Positions 9,522 to 21,571 of a stretch of DNA of 64,000 nt are shown piece by piece. The notes under the pieces were generated by a model that saw only the letters and a list, made by a program, of their open reading frames with translations, did not search any database and had not been told where the DNA came from. The DNA comes from Promethearchaeota archaeon (lineage in GTDB: Archaea > Asgardarchaeota > Lokiarchaeia > Sigyniarchaeales > SOKP01), in the NCBI GenBank assembly GCA_016840165.1, contig JAEOSU010000072.1, forward strand, positions 224,001-288,000. The letters run 5' to 3'. Position 1 is the first letter of the stretch. Each line of letters begins with the position of its first letter. The position numbers were made by a program, and so were the translations under genes.

Positions 9522-12134
9522 CTAATCACTTCCTATTTTTCCAATTTTTTCAAAAGACAAACTTCCATTTTTTGCTACGTCGACTTTAATGATGTCCTCG
9601 TCCATAAAATCCCCTTCTAATAACTTGAGTGATAATGGATTTTGGATGAATTGCTGAATAGCTCTTTTTAAGGGACGTGCTCCATAATCGGGATCAAATC
9701 CCTTCTTAGCAAGCATCTCTTCTGCCGCTTCTGTTAATGTTATTTTGATATTGTGTTCAGCTAATACTTTATTTAGATTTTTTATTTGAATTTCAACAAT
9801 TTGTTTAATCTGGGCTTCTTCTAAGAAGTTAAAGACAACTATTTCATCAACTCGATTTAAAAATTCAGGTTTAAAGTAGCCTCTTAGAATTTTAACAATC
9901 TCTTCTGCATTCAGATTACGATCTTTTTGACGAGCATCTAGTATGAATTGGCTTCCCACATTACTAGTCATAATAATGATTGAATTTTTAAAGTCGACGG
10001 TTCTTCCATGACCATCAGTTAAACGTCCGTCATCCATTATCTGGAGTAAGATGTTAAATACATCAGGGTGTGCTTTCTCAATTTCATCAAATAAAATGAC
10101 AGAATAAGGTCGTCGTCTTACTGCTTCAGTTAAATATCCCCCCTCATCATAGCCTACATAACCCGGAGGTGCTCCTATTAATCGTGCTACGCTATGTTTT
10201 TCCATAAATTCGGACATATCAATCCGAATCATCGCATTCTCATCATCAAATAAGAATTCAGCCAGAGCCTTTGCAGTTTCTGTTTTACCTACACCAGTAG
10301 GTCCCATAAAGATAAAAGATCCGATTGGGCGGTTAGGATCTTGAATGCCAGCCCTAGCGCGCCTGATAGCATCCGATATAATTTTTATTGCCTCATCTTG
10401 ACCAATTACACGTTCTTTAAGGCGCTGTTCCATTTTAAGCAATTTTTCTCGCTCTCCCTCTAACATTCGGGAAACTGGAATGCCAGTCCATTGAGATACA
10501 ATCTTTGCAATATCTTCGGAATCAACCTCTTGTTTTAACATTGTCTTATTCTTTTGGATCTCAGCCAATTCATTATTATACTGATCTAAATCTTTTTTTA
10601 GTTGATTTAAAACACCATAAGTTAATTCTGCGGCTTTTCCAAGGTCGCCTCTTTTTTCTGCTCTCTCTGCCTCAATTCTTGTTTCCTCCATTTGTTTTTT
10701 AATATTGTTAATTTTCTGTATTAGATTTTTTTCATTATTCCATTGAATCTTCAATTTATCGCTCTCTTCTTTGAGATTTTCTAATTCTTCATCTATTTTT
10801 TTAATTTTTTCGGCGCATGATTTATCATTTTCTTTTTTTAAAGCTTCTTTTTGTATTTCTAATTGTATTCTTTTTCTCTCTATCTCATCAATTTCTGTCG
10901 GCATGCTATCAATTTCTATTCGCAATCGTGATGCAGCTTCATCCATTAAATCTATAGCTTTATCAGGTAAAAATCTATCCGCTATATATCGATGAGATAA
11001 GGTAACCGCACTAATAATTGCAGAATCTGTAATCCTTACTCCATGATGGATTTCATATTTCTCCTTTAAACCTCTTAAGATTGCAATTGAATCTTCTACT
11101 GATGGTTCTTCAACTAAAACTGTTTGAAATCGACGAGTTAAAGCTGCATCTTTTTCTATATATTTACGATATTCATCTAGCGTGGTAGCACCTACTGCCC
11201 GTAGTTCTCCCCTCGCCAATGCAGGTTTTAACATATTAGATGCATCTATCGCTCCTTGGGCAGCCCCAGCTCCAACTAAAGTATGTAATTCATCAATGAA
11301 AAGAATATATTTACCGGCACCTTTCTCAACTTCTTTTAAGAAAGCTTTTAACCGGTCTTCAAATTCACCACGATATTTAGCCCCAGCGACTAGAGCTGCT
11401 AAATCTAAGGCGATAATCTCTTTATTCTTTAAAGATCCTGGAACATCATCATTAGCAATTCGCTGGGCAAGTCCTTCTACTATTGCAGTTTTCCCGACAC
11501 CTGCCTCTCCTATTAATACAGGATTATTTTTTGTTCTTCGAGATAGGATATGCATGACTCTTCGAATTTCGTCATCTCTCCCAATAACAGGATCTATTTT
11601 CCCTCTTCTAGCTAAATCTGTGAGATTTCGACTATATTTTTCTATAGCTCTATATTTTCCCTCGGGATCTTGATCTGTGACGTTTTGACTCCCACGAATG
11701 CTAGTAAGCGCTTGCATAATTCGGTCACTGGTAATACCATAACTTTTTAAAATACTATATTCCGATATCGAATCCATTTTCGAGAGTGCCAATAATAAAT
11801 GTTCGGTACTTAAAAATTGATCTTTTAGAATTTCTGCTTCTTTCCAAGCTCTGTCGAATAATCTCCCAGAATTTGGGGATAGTAAGACATCGGTGGCTCC
11901 TGAACCTGTGACCTTTGGTAATCGATCGAGTTCTTTATTTAAATCAAATATTATCTTATTGATATTCACTCCTAATTTCTGGAAGAGAGGTTTTGTAATT
12001 CCATCTTCTTGTTCTATTAAACTAAGTAATAAATGGACTGGTTCAATCTGTTGGTTGTCATTAGTTTGTGCTAATGATCTTGCAGACATCATAGCTTCTT
12101 GAACTTTAATTGTAAACTTATCAAATTTCATCAT
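9522..12134 (-). CDS. clpB: ATP-dependent chaperone ClpB
   Basis: Clp N-domain, two Walker A motifs ([16 protein letters not shown]), long middle coiled coil, [12 protein letters not shown]. Confidence 0.97.
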   Translation of the reverse strand: MMKFDKFTIKVQEAMMSARSLAQTNDNQQIEPVHLLLSLIEQEDGITKPLFQKLGVNINKIIFDLNKELDRLPKVTGSGATDVLLSPNSGRLFDRAWKEAEILKDQFLSTEHLLLALSKMDSISEYSILKSYGITSDRIMQALTSIRGSQNVTDQDPEGKYRAIEKYSRNLTDLARRGKIDPVIGRDDEIRRVMHILSRRTKNNPVLIGEAGVGKTAIVEGLAQRIANDDVPGSLKNKEIIALDLAALVAGAKYRGEFEDRLKAFLKEVEKGAGKYILFIDELHTLVGAGAAQGAIDASNMLKPALARGELRAVGATTLDEYRKYIEKDAALTRRFQTVLVEEPSVEDSIAILRGLKEKYEIHHGVRITDSAIISAVTLSHRYIADRFLPDKAIDLMDEAASRLRIEIDSMPTEIDEIERKRIQLEIQKEALKKENDKSCAEKIKKIDEELENLKEESDKLKIQWNNEKNLIQKINNIKKQMEETRIEAERAEKRGDLGKAAELTYGVLNQLKKDLDQYNNELAEIQKNKTMLKQEVDSEDIAKIVSQWTGIPVSRMLEGEREKLLKMEQRLKERVIGQDEAIKIISDAIRRARAGIQDPNRPIGSFIFMGPTGVGKTETAKALAEFLFDDENAMIRIDMSEFMEKHSVARLIGAPPGYVGYDEGGYLTEAVRRRPYSVILFDEIEKAHPDVFNILLQIMDDGRLTDGHGRTVDFKNSIIIMTSNVGSQFILDARQKDRNLNAEEIVKILRGYFKPEFLNRVDEIVVFNFLEEAQIKQIVEIQIKNLNKVLAEHNIKITLTEAAEEMLAKKGFDPDYGARPLKRAIQQFIQNPLSLKLLEGDFMDEDIIKVDVAKNGSLSFEKIGKIGSD

Positions 12135-12149
12135 ATCTTTTAATCCCTC

Positions 12150-13160
12150 CTATAAACCTTCCGCTCTTAATTTTTCCATCAATTCCTTTTGCTTTCTACT
12201 TATTTTTTTTGGAACTTTAATTTTTATTCTGACTAATTGATTGCCTCGTTCTTCAGAATTTAGATTATAAAAACCTTTATTTTTTAATCTTAAAATAGTG
12301 GAATCTTTTGTTCCGGGAGGAACAGTAACTTTTGCTGAATTTTCTATTCCGGGGACTTGTATTTTACCACCAAGAACAGCAGTTGTAAAAGGAATTTCTT
12401 GCTCTATATAGATATCATCTCCATCTCTTTGAAATACATCATGATCAGATACATGAAGTATAATATAAAGATCACCAGAGGTTCCACCATTTTGACCGGG
12501 CATTCCCTTACCCTTTAATCTTAATTTTTGATCATCTCTGATACCTCGTGGTATCGTGACCGTGAGAGTTTTATTTTCTCCTGAAATAGGATCTCGATAT
12601 TGAACTTTTTTCTTTCCACCATAAAAAGCATCCATAAAATTAATTTCCATATCATATCGTAAATCTTCACCTTCACGGGGATAATTCTGCGTTGTTTTTG
12701 ACCTTGCTCTGGTGCTACCTCCAAAATTCGAAAATACATCAAAAATGTCTCCTAAATCGTTAAAAAAGTCATAATTTTGGGCTCTACCCTTTCCTCGCTT
12801 TGAGGAAGACCCAAAAATATCACTGAAATCAAATCCTCCTGGTCCTCCAGAAGTTGAATAATAATATGTGGTACCATCAGGTCCTTGATAGACCCTCTGT
12901 CCACCTGCTTGATTAGCATATTGTTGATAATTAAATGGCTCTCCATCTACTACACCAAATTTATCATACATTTCTCGCTTTTTATCATCATTTAAGACAC
13001 TATATGCTTCATTAATTTCCTTAAACTTCTCACCCGACTTTGCCTCATCGGGATTCACATCAGGATGATACTTGCGAGCTAATTTCCGGAAAGCTCTCTT
13101 AATTTCCTCTTTTGAGGCTCCTTTCTCTATTCCTAAAATACTATAATAATCTTTTGGCAT
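12150..13160 (-). CDS. dnaJ: Class B DnaJ (CbpA-like, no Zn finger)
   Basis: J-domain with HPD, G/F-rich linker and C-terminal domain; no CxxCxGxG repeats. Confidence 0.9.
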   Translation of the reverse strand: MPKDYYSILGIEKGASKEEIKRAFRKLARKYHPDVNPDEAKSGEKFKEINEAYSVLNDDKKREMYDKFGVVDGEPFNYQQYANQAGGQRVYQGPDGTTYYYSTSGGPGGFDFSDIFGSSSKRGKGRAQNYDFFNDLGDIFDVFSNFGGSTRARSKTTQNYPREGEDLRYDMEINFMDAFYGGKKKVQYRDPISGENKTLTVTIPRGIRDDQKLRLKGKGMPGQNGGTSGDLYIILHVSDHDVFQRDGDDIYIEQEIPFTTAVLGGKIQVPGIENSAKVTVPPGTKDSTILRLKNKGFYNLNSEERGNQLVRIKIKVPKKISRKQKELMEKLRAEGL

Positions 13161-13223
13161 AATTTACAACCTCATAATAAATATTAAAAAATTTAAAAAA
13201 ATATTATAAAAAAATTAAAAAAT

Positions 13224-15122
13224 TTATTCGTAATCTGCATCAACTACTCCATCATCTTGACCTGTGGCTCTTCGAAACTGTTCTTCTTCGATTTCATCCT
13301 GTGTTTTTCCTTGTGTTCCATATCCAGCTCCGGGTGGCACTCCACCCATTCCTCCGGGTGGTGCTCCTTGAGTTCCTTGTTGTTGTCCGTAGATCCGGGA
13401 TGAGACCTCATGTAATGAATTCTGTAATGCTTCGCTAGCTGCTTTAATTCTATTTAAATCATCAGCTTCAACAGCACTTCGTAATTCTGAGATTTTTTCG
13501 AGAATACGTGATTTTAAATCTCCAATTACTGCTTCATTTTCCTTGAGTAATTTCTCAGTTTGATAAATCAATGCTTCCGCTTGGTTTTTCGCTTCCTGTA
13601 ATTCTTTAAATCTCCTATCTTCATCAGCGTGACTCTCCGCTTCTCGGATTTTCTGTTCAATTTCATCTTCTGACATTTTTGAAGAGGCGGTAATGGTAAT
13701 AGATTGACTTTTTCCCGTTCCTTTATCTTTTGCTGATACATTAAGAATACCATTTTGATCGATATCAAAAGTCACCTCTATCTGTGGAACACCTCGTGGT
13801 GCAGGAGGGATTCCCGTCAAATGAAATTTACCTAATGAGATGTTATCTGCAGCTTTCGGTCGTTCTCCTTGTAATACATTGATCTCTACTGCTGGTTGAT
13901 TATCTGCTGCGGTGGAGAATGTTTCCTTTTTCTTCGTTGGAATAGTGGTGTTTCTCTCGATTAACTTAGTGAACACTCCGCCTAATGTTTCAACTCCTAA
14001 GGATAATGGTGTGACATCAAGTAATAACAAATCTTCGACTTCACCAGTTAGTACACCACCTTGAACTGCGGCACCCATAGCGACACATTCCATTGGATCA
14101 ATGCTTCTTTCAGGTTTTTTACCCAAGAAATGTTCGAACTTCTCTTGAACACTAGGCATCCGAGTTGGACCACCAACTAAAATTACCTTATCCACTTCAC
14201 CTTTTTTAAGACCTGAATCTCGTAATGCCTTAATAATAGGTGCCTCTAAACGTTTCAATACCGGATCAATTAATTGTTCTAATTTAGCTCTTGTAAGATT
14301 CATATTCAGATGTTTTGGACCTGAGTCAGTAGCAGTGATATAAGGTAAGTTAAGATCTGTGGTTATTGATGTCGAAAGCTCTATTTTTGCCCTTTCGGCA
14401 GCTTCCCGTATTCTTTGCATAGCCATGGAATCCTTTCGCAGATCGACTCCTTCAGTTTTTTTGAACTCGTCAACGATATAATCTACTAAAAGTTTGTCCA
14501 TATCTGTTCCGCCTAATTGAGTATCTCCTGCCGTAGAAATAACTTCAAAAACCTGATTGTCCATTTCCATGATGGTTACATCAAACGTACCTCCACCTAA
14601 ATCTAATACCGCAATTTTTAGGCGGACATCCTTCTTATCCAATCCATAAGCTACTGCTGCGGCAGTGGGTTCGTTAATTAAACGTTTTACATCTAATCCC
14701 GCGATCCTTCCCGCGTCTTTAGTAGCTTGGCGTTGATTGTCATTGAAATATGCTGGCACAGTTATAATTGCTTCTGTTACTTCTTCTCCTAAGTAAGCGC
14801 TTGCATCTTCTTTAATCTTCCGCAATATCATCGCAGATATTTCTTGTGGTGTATATTCCTTACCATCAATTTCTACAGTGTAAGAAGTTCCCATTTTTCG
14901 TTTTATGGCAGTAATTGTTCTATCAGGGTTTGAAATCGCTTGTCTTCGCGCAGGTTCACCAACAATCCTCTGGCCATCCTTCGTGAATGCAACCACTGAA
15001 GGAAAGGCTTTACCACCTAAGGTATTTCCTTCGGCACTTGGAATAATTGTTGGTTTCCCACCAATTAATACTGCTGCTGCTGAATTGCTTGTACCAAGGT
15101 CAATTCCTATAATTTTTCCCAT
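13224..15122 (-). CDS. dnaK: Hsp70 chaperone DnaK
   Basis: [36 protein letters not shown]. Lacks the N-terminal insert of Gram-negative DnaK, so it is the archaeal/Gram-positive type. Confidence 0.98.
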   Translation of the reverse strand: MGKIIGIDLGTSNSAAAVLIGGKPTIIPSAEGNTLGGKAFPSVVAFTKDGQRIVGEPARRQAISNPDRTITAIKRKMGTSYTVEIDGKEYTPQEISAMILRKIKEDASAYLGEEVTEAIITVPAYFNDNQRQATKDAGRIAGLDVKRLINEPTAAAVAYGLDKKDVRLKIAVLDLGGGTFDVTIMEMDNQVFEVISTAGDTQLGGTDMDKLLVDYIVDEFKKTEGVDLRKDSMAMQRIREAAERAKIELSTSITTDLNLPYITATDSGPKHLNMNLTRAKLEQLIDPVLKRLEAPIIKALRDSGLKKGEVDKVILVGGPTRMPSVQEKFEHFLGKKPERSIDPMECVAMGAAVQGGVLTGEVEDLLLLDVTPLSLGVETLGGVFTKLIERNTTIPTKKKETFSTAADNQPAVEINVLQGERPKAADNISLGKFHLTGIPPAPRGVPQIEVTFDIDQNGILNVSAKDKGTGKSQSITITASSKMSEDEIEQKIREAESHADEDRRFKELQEAKNQAEALIYQTEKLLKENEAVIGDLKSRILEKISELRSAVEADDLNRIKAASEALQNSLHEVSSRIYGQQQGTQGAPPGGMGGVPPGAGYGTQGKTQDEIEEEQFRRATGQDDGVVDADYE

Positions 15123-15158
15123 TTTGTTTCACTCCTTTATTTATTTTTATTTTTATTT

Positions 15159-15839
15159 TTATTCTTGATTTTTTATACTAAATTTTTTTTTTGATACTTT
15201 TACCCTTGCGGGTTTCAATACTTTGTTATTTAAATAATAACCTTTATCAATCACTTCAATAATAGTATTTTCTGGAAGATCGTCATTCTCCTCTACCATT
15301 ACTGATTCATGTTTATATGGATCGAACTTTTCTCCTTTACAATTCATCGGAATTAGTCCCTCATCTTCAAGCATTTTTTGAAAGTTCCGAACAATCATCT
15401 TGAATCCATTTCTTATCGATTCATCACTGTTATTGATTTCCATAATTTGCTGAGCGCGTAATAAATCCTCGTAGTGATCTATTAGTTTTTTCATAATTCT
15501 TTCCTTCAAAATAGTGTTATATTGCTCTTTGTCTCGTTGTACCGATTTCTTATAGTTTTCAAAGTCTGCTCGCGCTCTTACCAGTGAATTCAAATATTTC
15601 TTTGTCTTTTCCTCTAAATCTTTTAATTGTCGTCCATCTTCTTTTAGGTTTTCAATTTGTTTATGTAGCGCTGATTTCTCTGTTTGGGCATGATCCAGCT
15701 TTTTAGCTAATGCCTCATATCTTTCGGCAGTCTCTCGTAACTTATTGTATTCTCTCTTGGAAATAGTTATTCTATCCCGTGGATCTTCCAATGCTCTTCT
15801 TTTATTAAAATAATTATCATAAAATTTTTCATATACCAT
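15159..15839 (-). CDS. grpE: Nucleotide exchange factor GrpE
   Basis: RARADFENYKK, GEKFDPYKHESV, KGYYLNNKVLKPARVKV. The start is uncertain (15863, 15851 or 15839). Confidence 0.92.
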   Translation of the reverse strand: MVYEKFYDNYFNKRRALEDPRDRITISKREYNKLRETAERYEALAKKLDHAQTEKSALHKQIENLKEDGRQLKDLEEKTKKYLNSLVRARADFENYKKSVQRDKEQYNTILKERIMKKLIDHYEDLLRAQQIMEINNSDESIRNGFKMIVRNFQKMLEDEGLIPMNCKGEKFDPYKHESVMVEENDDLPENTIIEVIDKGYYLNNKVLKPARVKVSKKKFSIKNQE

Positions 15840-15873
15840 GTTATCTATCATCTTATTTTTCAATGATTTTTTT

Positions 15874-15948
15874 TTGGCAATTGATTTTTGTCAATCAATT
15901 GTTTACTTGACAATCGTTAATTAACATAGATGAGTTTACATATTTAAA
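15874..15948 (-). promoter_or_regulatory. Putative heat-shock operon promoter with inverted repeats
   Basis: Minus-strand TTTAAATA at 15941-15948; perfect CAATTGATT-N6-AATCAATTG (15878-15901); TTGTCAA/TTGACAA pair (15888-15913). Confidence 0.5.
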
Positions 15949-16315
15949 TGTTTCTATTTTGAAAAATAATATAATGCGAAACTAAAGATGTAAAGGATTG
16001 GGATTTTAGACCCACTTTCAACTATTCTAATATTAGTTATTAACTAATCATACTCAAAGATTTAGAAAGAACTAGTAAAAACTTCTCAAATTAATAGATT
16101 ATAAAATGCTAGTGGATAACTTTTATTTTTGTCTGAAAACGCCATCATTATCAAAAGAGGGTCGTAATTTGCTCCTAAAGACAATTGAATGTTCGATTTG
16201 GCCTGTAAAATGCTCATTCATTTACATAATGATAAAACATTAACTTTTTGATTGAAATTAATTTTTATATTATAATTTAAATGATATTTGCTATAAATAA
16301 TTACACCTTAGCATA

Positions 16316-17533
16316 ATGAAGTATAGAAAGATGGGAAACCTAGATTGGGAGGTTTCTGCGCTTGGTTTTGGATGTATGCGATTACCAACTAAAACCATTC
16401 TGGATAAAAGTTCAAATCAAAGTAAGCAAGTAGTTGATAGAGAGTATGCAATAAATATGATAAGGTATGGTATTGATCAGGGCATCAATTATATTGATAC
16501 TGCTTGGACTTATCATGACGGTGAAAGCGAATTAGTAGTTGGAGATGCGCTTAAGGAAGGCTATAGGGAAAAGGTAAAGTTGGTTACTAAACTTCCAACG
16601 TGGTTAATAAAAAGCGAAGGAGATTTTGATGTATTTCTGAAGAAGCAACTTGAGAAGTTAAAGACCAATTATTTGGATGTTTATTTACTTCACTCATTAG
16701 GAAAAGATCTATTTGAAACTGTTAAAAAATTTAATTTAGTTAATAAAATGGAAGAAGCAAGAAAAAAAGGATTGATAAAGCACATTGGGTTTTCTTTCCA
16801 TGATAATTTAAAGGTATTCAAAGAAATAATTGACTTTTATGATTGGGATGTAGCCCAAATTCAATATAATTATTTTGATCCAGATTATCAAGCAGGAGTT
16901 AAGGGTTTAAAATACGCTGCAGGCAAAGGAATTGCTATGATAATAATGGAACCATTATGGGGCGGAAAGTTAACGCAATCATTTTCAGAAGCGGAAGATA
17001 TAATAAAAAAAGCACCTATTAAAAGATCATTAGCAGATTGGGCACTTCAATTTCTTTGGAATCAACCAGAAGTATCTGTTGTGTTATCTGGTATGGGTGA
17101 ATTGTGGCAAGTCAAAGAAAATGTGGAAAGCGCCAATAATTCATCAATTAGATCTCTAAAAAAGGATGATATGAAAGTCATTTCAGAACTGCGTAAGGCT
17201 TATTCTAAATATATTACAATCCCTTGTACAAATTGTGAGTATTGTATGCCCTGCCCGAATTCAGTTGATATTCCCCAAAATATTCGATTTTTAAACGATT
17301 TTATCTGGTTTGGAGAGGGAGAGAGAGAGCGATTCGAGAGTATTTATGGGAAATTCTTAAAAAATAAAGAGGAACTCGAAGAATTAGGAGGAAAAGGAGC
17401 AGGAAATGCAAGCTTGTGCATAGAATGTGGAGAGTGCCTTGAAAAATGTCCCCAAAACATCCAGATTCCTGAAGTTCTCAAGAAAGTAGATGCAATTTTG
17501 GGCAAAAAACGAAAAATCTCGGACTTTTTTTAG
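16316..17533 (+). CDS. Aldo/keto reductase with C-terminal Fe-S domain
   Basis: SALGFGCMRLP, YIDTAWTYH, CTNCEYCMPCP and CIECGECLEKCPQ. Confidence 0.92.
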   Translation: MKYRKMGNLDWEVSALGFGCMRLPTKTILDKSSNQSKQVVDREYAINMIRYGIDQGINYIDTAWTYHDGESELVVGDALKEGYREKVKLVTKLPTWLIKSEGDFDVFLKKQLEKLKTNYLDVYLLHSLGKDLFETVKKFNLVNKMEEARKKGLIKHIGFSFHDNLKVFKEIIDFYDWDVAQIQYNYFDPDYQAGVKGLKYAAGKGIAMIIMEPLWGGKLTQSFSEAEDIIKKAPIKRSLADWALQFLWNQPEVSVVLSGMGELWQVKENVESANNSSIRSLKKDDMKVISELRKAYSKYITIPCTNCEYCMPCPNSVDIPQNIRFLNDFIWFGEGERERFESIYGKFLKNKEELEELGGKGAGNASLCIECGECLEKCPQNIQIPEVLKKVDAILGKKRKISDFF

Positions 17534-17612
17534 AAAGTATTTCGAACTAATATGCCAGAAGATTTATAAATATGAATCAACATAATATTCAAAAAAATTA
17601 TAGTGTAAAATT

Positions 17613-18494
17613 ATGGGAAAATTTGATGGTCAGTATAAAGATATGAAACAAGCCTACAAGGCTTCTTCAAAGATTCTTGAAAAACGAATGCAAAAAGAAA
17701 GACCTTTAGATTTGGAAATTTTAAAGAAAATAGATGAGAGCGCCATCATCATTGTTGCGGGAGTCTATGATAAAATAGAATTGGTTTTAGATCTAATTAA
17801 TATCCCTTATGTGTTGATTCAACCAAGAGATTTTGATAAAATTAATTTAAGACCAGATCAAATTTTAATTATTAATTGTCCTGGTAGTATTACTGAAGGC
17901 CTTACTAAAATTGAGAATTTTGTGAAAAAAGGAGGGTTTCTGTTCACAACAGATTGGGCTTTATTGAACGTCTTGGAGAAAATATTTCCAAATCTTGTGA
18001 AATATAATCAGAGACCCACCGGTGATGATTGTGTAAGAGTGGAAGTGGTAGACAAATCGAATAAATTTCTTGAGGGTCTATTTCAAGGGGAGGCAGATCC
18101 AATTTGGTGGCTAGAGAGTTCTTCATATCCAATAGAGATTCTTGATAAGAAGAAGGTAAAAGTATTAGTAACTAGTAGAGAGATGAAGGAAAAGTATGGT
18201 GAGGCGCCTATTGTCATAACATTTGATTATGGAGATGGTGGAACCGTACTCCACATGACTAGTCACTATTATCTTCAAAGATCTGAATTAAGAACAAAAC
18301 GTCATAAAGCAACAGCAAAGGATTATTTAGTATCTGAAATGGGCTTTTCAAAAAAGGAAGCAGATGAAATCGAAGAACTTGAAGGACTTAGCTTAGGAGA
18401 AGCGGAAAATGCCTATTCTACAACTCAGTTTATCAGTAATGTGATCGTAGAACAGCAAAAAAAAGTTAAAAAACGAAAGGAACAGAAAAAGTAA
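17613..18494 (+). CDS. Hypothetical protein, class I glutamine amidotransferase-like fold
   Basis: ILIINCPG...KIENFVKKGGFLFTTDWA pattern; clean 293-aa ORF. Confidence 0.55.
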   Translation: MGKFDGQYKDMKQAYKASSKILEKRMQKERPLDLEILKKIDESAIIIVAGVYDKIELVLDLINIPYVLIQPRDFDKINLRPDQILIINCPGSITEGLTKIENFVKKGGFLFTTDWALLNVLEKIFPNLVKYNQRPTGDDCVRVEVVDKSNKFLEGLFQGEADPIWWLESSSYPIEILDKKKVKVLVTSREMKEKYGEAPIVITFDYGDGGTVLHMTSHYYLQRSELRTKRHKATAKDYLVSEMGFSKKEADEIEELEGLSLGEAENAYSTTQFISNVIVEQQKKVKKRKEQKK

Positions 18495-18528
18495 TAAAAG
18501 ATGCAATTTAAACTCTTATTTGTAACCC

Positions 18529-18729
18529 TTAGAGGTCTCTTAAACTTTTTTTTATTTTTTTATAAATATTTTTCAAACCAAGATCATCAAGAAAAGAATC
18601 AAGCTTAGTTTTTGGTTCTGTCATGGTTTCTGTATGATTTTGAGTCTCATTGATTAAATCTGAACCACAATATTCACAGATTTTTTGATCTTTATCAAAA
18701 TAATTTCCATTACAATTAGGGCATTTCAT
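18529..18729 (-). CDS. Small zinc-ribbon protein
   Basis: CPNC...CEYC at the N-terminus. Confidence 0.65.
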   Translation of the reverse strand: MKCPNCNGNYFDKDQKICEYCGSDLINETQNHTETMTEPKTKLDSFLDDLGLKNIYKKIKKSLRDL

Positions 18730-18837
18730 TTGAGCGAAATTAATACAGTTTTTTTAATTACAATAATAAATTAAAGATTTAAAAGTTTAAATTTAAAAAA
18801 AGAAAAAAAATATTAATTGCTCTTTTTCGAATTTAAT

Positions 18838-19356
18838 TTAAGTTTCAACTTCAGGCTCAGGCTCAGGCTTAGGTTTTGGCTTAGCTTTAGGCTTAGATTT
18901 TGTTTCCTCGGTAGACCATTTAAATTCTTTAGGGCCTGCGAAAAGAAGTAACGCAGCGGGAATAAGAATTACTGCAGCAGCCCAGAAATACCAGTCAAAT
19001 ATTAATAACACAATACCCCATATTAGCATCCATGGTACGCGAAACGTTCCGAGAACGATTACCCAATCAAGGAGTCCGTCCCAATCTTGCTCAACGCATT
19101 TTGCAGAAAATTTGGGTTTAATGATGAAGAAGCCAATCACTATAACGATGACCCCTGATATAATATCCCAAATCCCAGTAAAACCAAATGGAACTGGATA
19201 AGGAATTAATGGAACGATAAGACTCCATTGTACAGCTGATATGGCATATCTTATCAATGGGTCTATTATTTGTATTATTCCGTTTAAAATGACAATAATC
19301 CAAGCCCATTTCCCAATTTTTGAAACTATCGATGCATGTTTCCAATTTTCACTCAT
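18838..19356 (-). CDS. Hypothetical membrane protein with KP/EP-repeat tail
   Basis: About 4 hydrophobic segments, GAGGT RBS, tail KSKPKAKPKPKPEPEPE. Confidence 0.7.
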   Translation of the reverse strand: MSENWKHASIVSKIGKWAWIIVILNGIIQIIDPLIRYAISAVQWSLIVPLIPYPVPFGFTGIWDIISGVIVIVIGFFIIKPKFSAKCVEQDWDGLLDWVIVLGTFRVPWMLIWGIVLLIFDWYFWAAAVILIPAALLLFAGPKEFKWSTEETKSKPKAKPKPKPEPEPEVET

Positions 19357-19521
19357 TATATAATTACCTCAGTCCTTAGTTTATTTGCGAATCATAGAGA
19401 ATTTCACAATAATCTATATGAAATCTTCTTATATTTATTAATTTTTAGGTTTAATTTAAAATTAATTATAATCTCTTAGGCAATGTAGAAAATTAATGGA
19501 AAAAATGAAGACTAAAAGTCA

Positions 19522-20985
19522 TTATTCTTCAGGTGAAAGAATCTCACCGACGTAATATAATCCTACAAGATTCCCTCTTTTTTGGAACTTTCTGGAAACT
19601 AAAAGTATTACAACATGTTCATTTTCATCGAGGTATCCGGTTTCAACACCATATTTAACGGATTGTTCAATTAAACTCTCTGCATCGAGTTGAAAAAAAT
19701 CAATACTCTCAATATGAATAGGTTGTACTCCCCAAATTAATTGTAATTCTCTGGCTGTTCTTTTAAACGGTGTCATAGCAATTATCGGTAAGGGAGGACG
19801 AAATTTAGAGATCATTCTTGCACCATAACCCCTTCTAGTGATAACAAGAATTTTCCCCCGGAAGTTTAATTCTTCCATCTCTTTCGCGAGAGAATGGATA
19901 GCATGTCCTAAGGTCTGAGTGTGAGTTAATCTATCTGAATCATAATCATCAGGGTGACGTATAGGCGCATGTTCACTAGCAGTAGAAGCAATTTTATTCA
20001 TATATTCCACAGAATTGATCGGGTATTTTCCAACAGCTGTTTCAGCTGAAAGCATAACAGAATCTGTTCCATCGATAACAGCATTATAAATATCATTTGC
20101 TTCTGCCCTTGTGGGTACAGGTGTGTTTGTCATAGATTCAAGCATTTGTGTTGCAACTATAACTGGTTTTCCTTCTTTATTGCACTTGTAAATAAGTTCT
20201 TTTTGTCGTATTGGAACCTGATCTGGAGAGATTTCAACTCCTAGATCGCCTCTCGCGATCATTATACCATCAGATACTTCAAGGATTTGATCAAAATTAT
20301 CAAGAGCGATAGGTCTTTCAATTTTAGAAATTAATTTAATATCGTTGTTACCATAATTCTCAAGAAGCTTTTTCACTGTAAGGACATCATCCCCGCTAGA
20401 TACAAATGATATAGCGACATATTCAGGATCCAGATCTGCAATGAATTCCAGATCTTTGATATCTTTTTCCGTAGGTACTTTTTGTTCTAAATCTCCAGAG
20501 GGAATATTCACTCCTTTATTATTACTTATTAATCCTCCGGCGATTACTTCTCCAATAAGATGATCTCTTTCTCTACTTTTCACTTTTATCTTTATTATAC
20601 CATCATTCACATAAAAAAAGTCGCCTTTTTTCATTGATTTCACAAAACCAGGTAATGGGATTGCAAATTTTTTATCATCCCCACCACCTTCTATCTCATG
20701 TTCAAAAACATCAATAGTTTGTCCAACATTCAAAATATAGGCTTGATCATCTCTAAATTTTCCCACTCTTATTTTTGGTCCTTGAATATCAGCTAGTATG
20801 CTTATGTAATCATTAACTTCGCGGATTTTTTCAACTAATTCTCTTTTTTCTTCATGTGTCCCATGAGAGAAATTAAGTCTAAACACATCTGCTCCAGTAT
20901 CAATTAGTTTTTTAAGGACTGATTTTGAATCTGAAGCGGGGCCTAAAGTAGCAATAATCTTAATTGGATTTTCACGAATTGTCAT
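19522..20985 (-). CDS. pyk: Pyruvate kinase
   Basis: KIIATLGPAS, RLNFSHG, DIQGPKIR, MIARGDLGVE, ATQMLESM, VMLSAETAVGKYP. Confidence 0.97.
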   Translation of the reverse strand: MTIRENPIKIIATLGPASDSKSVLKKLIDTGADVFRLNFSHGTHEEKRELVEKIREVNDYISILADIQGPKIRVGKFRDDQAYILNVGQTIDVFEHEIEGGGDDKKFAIPLPGFVKSMKKGDFFYVNDGIIKIKVKSRERDHLIGEVIAGGLISNNKGVNIPSGDLEQKVPTEKDIKDLEFIADLDPEYVAISFVSSGDDVLTVKKLLENYGNNDIKLISKIERPIALDNFDQILEVSDGIMIARGDLGVEISPDQVPIRQKELIYKCNKEGKPVIVATQMLESMTNTPVPTRAEANDIYNAVIDGTDSVMLSAETAVGKYPINSVEYMNKIASTASEHAPIRHPDDYDSDRLTHTQTLGHAIHSLAKEMEELNFRGKILVITRRGYGARMISKFRPPLPIIAMTPFKRTARELQLIWGVQPIHIESIDFFQLDAESLIEQSVKYGVETGYLDENEHVVILLVSRKFQKRGNLVGLYYVGEILSPEE

Positions 20986-21098
20986 TCACATCTTTTCTTT
21001 AATTTCTTTTAATTTATGCTTAAAAGTATTATTGATAATTTTATTAAGAAGTTCATTTTTTTTCATTTCTTTCTATGGTATTAATTATACTTCTTATA

Positions 21099-21539
21099 TT
21101 AATTTATGATATTGTTTAATTTCATAAGGAAATTAGTTCTTAGTTTGTTTAGTTTATTCTTTAATTCATCTATGTCCATAAATTCTTCCAGTTCTCTTAA
21201 AAAAGCTAAACTAACGCGAAAGTGTTCTGGATGGAATGGAAACTGAATTAGCTGTATATGTTCTTTATCTGAAATTAATTTTCTGGCAATTTTTGCTAAT
21301 AAATCTGAACTCTGAACAGCTACTACAAGCGCAAGATAATATTTCTTTACTTTATGTTTATCTTTGAGCTTAGTGATAATAAGATAAAAATTTCGATAAT
21401 CTTCTTTTAGTTGGAATATTTTTTCAATTTTCTGGACTCTTAGTTTACCATCACTTCTTTCTGATATTGGAGGATATTTATTTTTTAATTTAGTTGCTTT
21501 AGCAAGTAAATCACGCTTAATTTTTTCTTTTAATTCCAT
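21099..21539 (-). CDS. Hypothetical protein
   Basis: 146-aa ORF between aor and pyk on the same strand, with AAGGA upstream. Confidence 0.6.
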   Translation of the reverse strand: MELKEKIKRDLLAKATKLKNKYPPISERSDGKLRVQKIEKIFQLKEDYRNFYLIITKLKDKHKVKKYYLALVVAVQSSDLLAKIARKLISDKEHIQLIQFPFHPEHFRVSLAFLRELEEFMDIDELKNKLNKLRTNFLMKLNNIIN

Positions 21540-21571
21540 ATTTTTAATCCTTATTATCGATTGTATATAAA

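Noticed and set aside
13224-13400. GGMGG-containing DnaK tail as a eukaryote-like Hsp70 feature
   Set aside because: Gly/Met/Pro-rich tails ending in VDADYE-type sequences are normal for prokaryotic DnaK; there is no EEVD.
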